A stretch of DNA of 64,000 nucleotides from an uncultured Phycisphaerales bacterium (GTDB lineage: Bacteria; Planctomycetota; Phycisphaerae; Tepidisphaerales; Tepidisphaeraceae): positions 2,948,909 through 3,012,908 of the forward strand of contig OY969903.1 in the NCBI GenBank assembly GCA_963704405.1, given 5' to 3'. The position numbers and the translations under genes are program-made. The first letter of the stretch is position 1. Every line of letters begins with the position of its first letter. Shown here piece by piece: positions 57,895 to 64,000 of the stretch. The notes under the pieces are model-generated. The model was not told where the DNA came from. It did not search any database and saw only the letters and a program-made list of their open reading frames with translations.

Positions 57895-59715
57895 ATGCCA
57901 GCAATCACACAGCTCGACAAAGTGCTCGATACTTCCCTCAGCGAGGGACACGGTACGATCACGATCCGCGTGGTAGTGCTTGACAAAACTATGGCATCCG
58001 GCGCCGCGCCGAAAGCCAGCGATGCCCCACCAGTCGATGCGGAGCCTGACGAGGTTCTACCGGACACTGACAAGCGGCCAGTCTCAACCTTCATGGAAGA
58101 ACCGAAGCGCGGCAAGCAATGCTGTGTTTTTCTCATAAACGGGCAGCGCCAGCATGCATGGGATAATACCTTCATCGTGCGCGATCTTGACCTCAAATAT
58201 ATTCGCAACCGAATGATTGTGGTGGTGGATTGCGATGGGCTCAAGCCGGAGGCGATCGCGGAACTGATGCGCGGACACCGCCTTCAGTTTTACGAAGGTA
58301 CGGTTTTCTTCGCCTTGGAGCAGCGCGTCATCGCCACTCTGAAAGGCGATCCGGACCTCCGGCGCATCGAAGAGGAAGCCGAGGAAGAGATTTCCAGCCT
58401 TGATGCTGGCGACGAAGCCGTCAAACATGCGCTCGATCAACTCATCGAAGCGCATCACGACGCCGCTGCGCACGTTGATTTCGGTCAGAAGGAGGCAGGG
58501 GAAGAGAGTCGTCTCGATGCAACTGGCGGGAAGATTATTCAGCAGCAGCCAGTCGTGATCGATGCTGACCAGCCCATTGGTAAGGATGCGACCGAACCGG
58601 TGCTTCAGCTTCGACCGGAGATCACAACCATTCGCTTGAAGCCCAACGAAACGCGCAAATGCGTCATTGCGTCGCGACCGGACGCCGCATGGACGAGCGT
58701 CGAATCGCTTGGCGTGACATTCGATCCGCCGGTCAAGGAACTCAACGTCACGCGCACCGCCCAGGTGTCCGGTGAAGAGATTGCACTCAAATTCGTCCAA
58801 CCCACCGATTTCGACGACGACGAATATCCAATCGAGACCGTAATGCGCTGTACCTCGATGTTCAAGGGCCATCCCGAAGCCCGCATCCTAGAGCGCCGTG
58901 TCGTCATCACTCCCGGCAAGAAGAAGCAGTCAAAGCCCATCGTCCTGAAGGACGACCCGACCTATATACGGGTTGCAAGCCGACAACCAATTAAGCTTGT
59001 CATCGGAGGCCCAGACCTGCACGTCAAAATCAAGTGGGACGGCAAAGATGAATTGCTGGCCGGGAACCCACCGCTGTGGGCAATTAAGATCAATTGCGAA
59101 TCGCCGTCTGTTGAACCCCAATCATTCCCGACGCATCCAAACGGCGGACGCTTTGAACTGCTCATCCAAGCCACGCCAGGACTCGCTGCTGGCGAACAAC
59201 TCAAGTTCGATGTCGAGGCGGTTGGCCCTGGCAAGACTCTCTCCACCGCTTTCCTTGTCGATGTCGTTGAGCCACCCACCGCGCGCAAGGTTACGGACAA
59301 AACACCAGGCGGCGGGCAGCGCAGGCCACCCTACGAGCTGAAGTACGTCAAACGTGAGAATTGGGACAGTCCGACTTGTTGGGCACAGCCGTGGACCGGC
59401 GTCGATCCAGGATCATTCGACGCTCCCACCGCCAAGTCGCCACTGTTCATCTACATCAACCAGGATACCGACCTTCTAACGACGTACCGCGACTCTCTGC
59501 TCGCCAAAAAGCTGGCCGAGAACACGATCCAGCAGCGCATTAACAAATACACGGCACACGTCGCCTTTCACCTTTACCAGATGTACGAGAACAAAAAGCG
59601 CCGTGATGCTGATCCCGGTTATGCAAAAGACAGCGCCCAGGACGATGACGCGATCATGCGCGACGAAATTCATCGCGTGGCACGGACACTCATCAAGCTG
59701 ATGGACGTGACTTAA
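57895..59715 (+). CDS. hypothetical large protein (606 aa), third gene of the GHKL cassette
   Basis: 12 nt after the ATPase gene. Contains CCVFLINGQRQHAWDNTF.., an acidic helical linker (RRIEEEAEEEISSLDAGDE) and beta-rich middle repeats. No nuclease or other motif recognised. Confidence 0.68.
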   Translation: MPAITQLDKVLDTSLSEGHGTITIRVVVLDKTMASGAAPKASDAPPVDAEPDEVLPDTDKRPVSTFMEEPKRGKQCCVFLINGQRQHAWDNTFIVRDLDLKYIRNRMIVVVDCDGLKPEAIAELMRGHRLQFYEGTVFFALEQRVIATLKGDPDLRRIEEEAEEEISSLDAGDEAVKHALDQLIEAHHDAAAHVDFGQKEAGEESRLDATGGKIIQQQPVVIDADQPIGKDATEPVLQLRPEITTIRLKPNETRKCVIASRPDAAWTSVESLGVTFDPPVKELNVTRTAQVSGEEIALKFVQPTDFDDDEYPIETVMRCTSMFKGHPEARILERRVVITPGKKKQSKPIVLKDDPTYIRVASRQPIKLVIGGPDLHVKIKWDGKDELLAGNPPLWAIKINCESPSVEPQSFPTHPNGGRFELLIQATPGLAAGEQLKFDVEAVGPGKTLSTAFLVDVVEPPTARKVTDKTPGGGQRRPPYELKYVKRENWDSPTCWAQPWTGVDPGSFDAPTAKSPLFIYINQDTDLLTTYRDSLLAKKLAENTIQQRINKYTAHVAFHLYQMYENKKRRDADPGYAKDSAQDDDAIMRDEIHRVARTLIKLMDVT

Positions 59716-60917
59716 ATGGCGCGATGGATCAGCACGACTTCGTTAGAGGAGTGAGTCTTGCCGCGCAGTGTCGCATGCCACTTGCGATGAGGTACCTGCC
59801 TCCAAATTCGATTATCAGCGCCGATAGGTGCTTCGGCAAATCCCGCTGTTTGCATATTCTCTAGGTAGCGCGGAAGCTGTTCATCCGGACGGTTGAATGC
59901 CACCATTTGAATAACGTATCCGCCATCTTGCATGACGCGGCGGATGGCATGCAGAGTCTTCAGTGACGTGCGAAAATAATTATCGGCAGCAGACTGTCGC
60001 CGATCACCAAAGTTATAGAACGACGCGCCCTCGCCGTCATTGCATCCTGCGATCCAGTATGGAGCTGGCGTTTCACGTCGGCCATCTACTTGCCAACGAT
60101 GATAGAGCACATGTACACCTGGATAAGGCGGGCTTGTGATGACCAGAGCCGCTCGTCGCTTGTCTTCCAGAAACAGCGGCACTTGATCCAATTCGGCGGC
60201 ATCGCCATTAAATATCGTCGCTCGCCCGCCAGACTGTTCGATCCGATCAGCAAATATCTCCGATGCTCCCAGCATTTCTTCGGTCGTACTCGCCAGCTTA
60301 CGCCTGAAGTCAGACAGCGGCGTATGACGCTCTCGGCCGTCCAAGGCCCATTGACTTACTCGGAGGACGACGCACCGTGCGAAGTCCTGGGCGTTCCGCG
60401 TCGGTAAATCGGCAATAGCCGAAAGAGCAACGGCGACTGCCTTCTTTATGAAGCGAGCTTTGACTAGCGATAGGTTTTTCGTCTTGTCAACATCGATGAA
60501 CGCGACAAGTTCATCAGCGGACCGGCCGTAGGTAAACCCAGGCACATCTTCCACCGCCCATCGCCTAATCATGCGACTTTCGGTGAGCGTCAGACTTGTA
60601 GTTTTGACTTTGGTGATGAATGCTGCAAGCGAATTTAAGTCATTGCCGACAACGTGGCGACCGGCAACAACTCCTTCGACGACGGCGGTCCCTCCCCCCA
60701 TGTACGGGTCCAGAACTAGGTCTCCTGGTTTAGAGAAACAAGCAATAGCGGCAGCAGCAAAACGGGGCGAGAATCGCGCTGGATAACGATAGAAGTTATG
60801 TGTCCAGCCCGTCACCGGCTTACGGTCTTTAGCTGCCTCGGCCAAAACCGAAAAAGCTTCGGCTGATATTTCGTCGGCCTGGTCTAAGGGAACATGACTT
60901 CCGTGTCGTGTACTCAT
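59712..60917 (-). CDS. DNA methyltransferase (amino-MTase; motif I before SPPY motif IV)
   Basis: LVLDPYMGGGTAVVEG (AdoMet motif I-like) at approx aa 70 and ALVITSPPYPGVH (motif IV; the SPPY variant is frequent in N4-cytosine enzymes) at approx aa 265. Its stop codon overlaps the stop of the convergent 606-aa gene. Confidence 0.85.
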   Translation of the reverse strand: MSTRHGSHVPLDQADEISAEAFSVLAEAAKDRKPVTGWTHNFYRYPARFSPRFAAAAIACFSKPGDLVLDPYMGGGTAVVEGVVAGRHVVGNDLNSLAAFITKVKTTSLTLTESRMIRRWAVEDVPGFTYGRSADELVAFIDVDKTKNLSLVKARFIKKAVAVALSAIADLPTRNAQDFARCVVLRVSQWALDGRERHTPLSDFRRKLASTTEEMLGASEIFADRIEQSGGRATIFNGDAAELDQVPLFLEDKRRAALVITSPPYPGVHVLYHRWQVDGRRETPAPYWIAGCNDGEGASFYNFGDRRQSAADNYFRTSLKTLHAIRRVMQDGGYVIQMVAFNRPDEQLPRYLENMQTAGFAEAPIGADNRIWRQVPHRKWHATLRGKTHSSNEVVLIHRAI

Positions 60918-60945
60918 TTGCTATTCCAATTATCGGCGGTTTATC

Positions 60946-61154
60946 TCATCCATGCGTAGGCCGTTCCATGCGACGGGTTGACGGCTGGTTGGTCACGTTC
61001 GCAGCGAGATACTCATCGAGCGCCCAGCGGACCACAGTGGCAGCCGATGTTCGGCGCTCTGCGCGATTGCTGCAACCTGGCGCCTTTGATCGTCACCCAA
61101 TGTGATCGTCAATCGCTCAGATTTCCCCGGATGATCGTTTTCAGTTTGCTTCAT
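60946..61154 (-). CDS. ribbon-helix-helix (CopG/Arc-like) protein, frame broken near 61050-61058
   Basis: Not in the ORF track (each piece is under 60 aa). MKQTENDHPGKSERLTITLGDDQRRQVAAIAQSA joins RTSAATVVRWALDEYLAANVTNQPSTRRMERPTHG-stop after a 1-nt shift, giving a beta-strand plus two helices typical of RHH. Ends 28 nt before the MTase start. Confidence 0.6.
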
Positions 61155-61744
61155 CAGACCTCACCACTGCGATGAATATCTCATCAGTATGATGTAGCCA
61201 CCTTCGAAAATCAACGCTTTTTTTATGTCGTTCCAGAACGCCCAACCGTAAAATGCTGCTCCAGCGAATAGACGTCCAAACTTGGCCGAGATGACTTACT
61301 TACCCGATTTCACCATCATGCTTCTGAAAACCCCTTTAGAATTCGTTATTGGGCTATGTCCGTGCCAAGGTTGAGGCCTTTATACTGCCAAGCAGTCTTC
61401 TCTCCACGCGGTAAAGCGGTGCTGATTTGGTTGAAACACCCCATCGCTTCCTGAGTGTTATCCACAGAATAGACGGTCATTCACGGGTCAGCAGCGGTTC
61501 TCCCCAAGATGCTCGTGCCGCCGCCGTCGCCAGCGTACCTTGCGGCGCGCTCCGCCGTCGGCCCGGAAAAGAAGCTGTTTTAAGTATAAGAAAGAGGAAC
61601 CCATTAACCGATTGAATTTCCTCAAACCGAAACGTCAATTTCAGTCGGTCAACCGTCACGATCGGTCGGTGAAGCGTCAAAATCTGCTTGCGCCTTTGTC
61701 GTTTAACTGCCATACCTCTGTCTGTTAAGTGACAAATTTGGAGG

Positions 61745-62359
61745 ATGAAAATGACGGTTGAGCGCCAGATTGTTGAGATTCCCGAGAACCAGATCTCCAC
61801 GAAGCGGGGATTCCCGGTTTACCGCACCAATCCAAGTGTGCCGGCAACGAATGGTCTGCCGACACGGACGAAGCGCATCAACGTGCCTGGCGGCCGTGGT
61901 TCCGTCCTCATTGACAACTCCACCGGCGAATTGAAGGGTATCGGGGGAATGGGATTCTGGTGGGAAGAGGAAGTCGATACCACCCGCTTCGTCAAGCTGT
62001 TCCTCGACGGCATCAAACAAGCCGCTGGACTTTCCAAGACCGGCATCCAGGTCTTCGAACTCGTCTACCACGAAATGCGGGCCAATCCCGGCAAGGATGA
62101 AATCAAACTCAATCAGTATGTGGCCAAGGATCACGGCATCAGCGACCGCACCTATCAGCGCGGCGTGCGGGAATTACTCGAAAAGCAATTTCTCTACCGC
62201 AGCCCGAGCGATGGCGTGTTCTTCGTCAACATCCGCTTCATGTTCAACGGCGACCGCCTCGCCTTCGTCAAATCCTATCACCTGAAGGATGCGAGCCGTC
62301 AGCAGGAATTGCCGCTGATGGATGTCACGCCCCTCCCCGTTCCTGCCGATTCAGAATAG
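61745..62359 (+). CDS. RepL-like winged-helix replication/maintenance protein
   Basis: FVKLFLDGIKQAAGLSKTGIQVFELVYHEM.....VAKDHGISDRTYQRGVRELLEKQFLYRS...GVFFVNIRFMFNGD follows the RepL-type pattern. The second ATG (61751) has better spacing from the ggagg RBS. Confidence 0.55.
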   Translation: MKMTVERQIVEIPENQISTKRGFPVYRTNPSVPATNGLPTRTKRINVPGGRGSVLIDNSTGELKGIGGMGFWWEEEVDTTRFVKLFLDGIKQAAGLSKTGIQVFELVYHEMRANPGKDEIKLNQYVAKDHGISDRTYQRGVRELLEKQFLYRSPSDGVFFVNIRFMFNGDRLAFVKSYHLKDASRQQELPLMDVTPLPVPADSE

Positions 62360-62362
62360 ATT

Positions 62363-62662
62363 TCAGCGGATGTATCCGTTATCCCGAAGCCAGGGTTCGA
62401 TGGCCTGCTCCAAAATGTCCTGAAGCGTGTTGGGTTCAACCTTGTTGAGCTGCCGCTCCAGGGATGCGCGTTTCAAGGCATCGGCGTATTCAGCGCGAAT
62501 CCTCGTGCTGATCGGCACGCGTGCAAACGGTGACGCCGCCCGCTGTTCGTTGGCCGGCGTCGCCTTGGTGCCATGCACAAACTCCCGCTCCAGCTTCGGG
62601 TCAATCACCGGCGCCGGGGTTGTGGGTTTGAGTCCCTCGATAAGTGGTCTGCGTTCTGCCAT
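62363..62662 (-). CDS. ParG-like small centromere-binding protein (RHH-type C-terminus)
   Basis: Internal ATG 62662 (MAERRPLIEGL..), 11 nt after the parA stop. C-terminal VPISTRIRAEYADALKRASLERQL..LQDILEQAIEPWL is beta-strand plus helices. Confidence 0.6.
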   Translation of the reverse strand: MAERRPLIEGLKPTTPAPVIDPKLEREFVHGTKATPANEQRAASPFARVPISTRIRAEYADALKRASLERQLNKVEPNTLQDILEQAIEPWLRDNGYIR

Positions 62663-62673
62663 TGTCCCCTTCC

Positions 62674-63339
62674 CTATTTCGCCGCGGTTTGACGAATGAC
62701 GCGGCGCTTCGCCGCTTCGGGCAGAATCTCCCGGAAGATCTGATCCACTTCCTCGGCGGCTTCCCGGGCACGCGATCCCATATTCCACACAACTGCCCCC
62801 TGCCCTGGCGCATCGGCATAAATCTGGCGCAGGATCATGGGCCGCGATGCCAGCGGCAGGTTGAGCGCCGCCGCTGCATCCCGCATGTCTTGGGTGAGTC
62901 GATAATTCTTGCCCACCATGCTGAGCACGATAATGGCCTTGGGCAAACCCGCCCGAATGTCCTGGGACACCCGCAGTACCTCCGTCGCCTTGGCAAGCGC
63001 CCTCACCTCCAGCATCGACGCCTTGCAGGGCACGATGGCCAGATCAGCGCGAAGCAATAGCGCCCGGCTGGTTTCGGTCTGGCTGCCGGGTCCATCGGCG
63101 ATCACGAAGTCGGTATCGGCGTTGAGGCTCGGAAGTTCATTCAGGATTACGTCGGGACTGTCGAGGCGAACGGCTTTCACCTCCGGCACCGCCTCGCGAA
63201 TCCATTCCGAACTACTCTGCTGTGTGTCGCAATCGGCAAGGGTCACGCGGTGGCCCTGCTCGTGCAGCCATGCTGCCAGATGCACGGCGAACGTCGATTT
63301 ACCCACGCCCCCTTTGGAATTTGCGACCACGATGATCAT
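62674..63339 (-). CDS. parA: ParA-family partition ATPase
   Basis: Deviant Walker A MIIVVANSKGGVGKSTFAVHLA. 221 aa (type Ib size). Confidence 0.92.
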   Translation of the reverse strand: MIIVVANSKGGVGKSTFAVHLAAWLHEQGHRVTLADCDTQQSSSEWIREAVPEVKAVRLDSPDVILNELPSLNADTDFVIADGPGSQTETSRALLLRADLAIVPCKASMLEVRALAKATEVLRVSQDIRAGLPKAIIVLSMVGKNYRLTQDMRDAAAALNLPLASRPMILRQIYADAPGQGAVVWNMGSRAREAAEEVDQIFREILPEAAKRRVIRQTAAK

Positions 63340-63340
63340 G

Positions 63341-63710
63341 CTTTACTGATAGCATGCCTGCCTGCATGAGCGCAAGCAGTATTTCATGATGGCAATCAAG
63401 CCGGTCATCATGCAAGCGTGCATGTTGGCTTTCTGGCTTACATGCCATCACGCAATCCTGATGTCATGCAGACATGTTCACAAAAAATCAATCCAGACTG
63501 CATGAAAGAAAGTCTGATTGATTTCATTCAAGCTGGCATGTCGGAATGACAACATGCATGTTGTCATGCAATCTGGCCATCTGGCAATCCAGCATGCTGG
63601 CTGGCATTGATTTTCCCGGGGAAAAGACATCCTAAGCCACGCTTAGGGGAGATGTCTGACAAACAATATTGCAAGCCAGCATGATTGCATGCGCAATTGC
63701 CATTGGCTCC
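63341..63710. promoter_or_regulatory. CATG-dense, palindrome-rich region upstream of parA (candidate centromere/operator array)
   Basis: Approx 16 CATG tetramers in approx 370 bp by my count. Includes an 18-bp perfect palindrome gacaacatgcatgttgtc (63548..63565) and a 12-bp palindrome ccagcatgctgg (63589..63600). Confidence 0.6.
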
Positions 63711-63798
63711 CGTGCAGGTGGTGTCGGCGATGATTTCGGCGTCAGTGTCGGCGTTGGACAGTGCCTGGAGCGTCGGCGTCCGCGGGGAGGGGAGGCCG

Positions 63799-63966
63799 TC
63801 AGAGCATCCCGCCCTTGAACGTGAAATTCCGCATCTGTCGCTGGCGTTCGCTCTCCGCCATCGCATCGCGTTCTGCCCAGGCCTGGCGAATGACTTCCCG
63901 CTGGATGATCTCGGTGTCATCGAGCTGGGTGTATTCATAGAAAGAGGGGTCTACTGGCGGTTGCAT
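63799..63966 (-). CDS. possible small protein (55 aa)
   Basis: Minus-strand ATG 63966 gives MQPPVDPSFYEYTQLDDTEIIQREVIRQAWAERDAMAESERQRQMRNFTFKGGML-stop. Below the ORF-track cutoff, with no family recognised. Confidence 0.3.
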   Translation of the reverse strand: MQPPVDPSFYEYTQLDDTEIIQREVIRQAWAERDAMAESERQRQMRNFTFKGGML

Positions 63967-64000
63967 TTGTCGTCCTTATATATGGACGATCAAATCTACG

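Noticed and set aside
63564-63938. 124-aa minus-strand ORF across the CATG-rich region
   Set aside because: It runs through the palindromic repeat array. The sequence is better explained as cis-acting DNA, and the product has no motif.
1-64000. CRISPR arrays, tRNA, rRNA, retron or group II intron signatures
   Set aside because: I saw no regularly spaced direct repeats of 25-40 nt, no GGTTCGAATCC-type T-arm with matching acceptor stems near the recombinase/IS boundaries, and no reverse-transcriptase motifs. This was a visual scan only, so small RNAs cannot be excluded.

Overview
The window looks like a Planctomycetota-type chromosome segment: it has a DUF1559/H-X9-DG prepilin-like protein and GC-rich coding with many antisense shadow ORFs. 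All family assignments come from motif recognition by eye; no searches or computations were run.

Positions 1 to approx 19.9 kb are mostly core genes:
- an RHS toxin tip and mutS
- a Kelch/lectin-fold protein
- a frameshifted glycosyltransferase and glycoside-hydrolase-like proteins
- GNAT and DUF4112
- motA-motB, split by a hairpin-bounded GxxExxY cassette
- a galactofuranose-type module (GH1-like/GT fusion plus a eukaryote-type UDP-galactopyranose mutase)

From approx 19.9 kb to the end the sequence is accessory. It starts with an IS4-family element and an IS481-like fragment fused to a serine-recombinase 3' remnant. Two apparently tandem recombinase-associated islands follow.

Island 1 (approx 21.9-44.8 kb) contains:
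- two orphan proteins
- a SPARDA-type short pAgo system (DREN-APAZ + pAgo)
- a DCD / dGTPase-family HD / nucleotidyltransferase operon, my top candidate for an undescribed system
- a complete type I R-M with a DUF45 peptidase
- small leading-region-like genes that share a 13-nt upstream motif
- an amidoligase + class II amidotransferase pair
- a truncated kinase-like membrane coiled-coil gene and DUF2726

Island 2 (44.9 kb to the window end) contains:
- a large serine recombinase
- an XRE/ImmA pair divergent from a multiubiquitin / E1 / DUF6527 operon
- a HigBA-like TA pair and a Hachiman-like HamAB pair
- a three-gene GHKL-ATPase cassette convergent with an RHH-controlled DNA methyltransferase, my second candidate
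- RepL-like/ParA/ParG plasmid-type functions next to a CATG-dense centromere-like region

At least eleven +/-1 frame breaks interrupt otherwise well-conserved genes. Either the assembly carries indel errors or many genes are decaying. No rRNA, tRNA or CRISPR array was recognised by eye.
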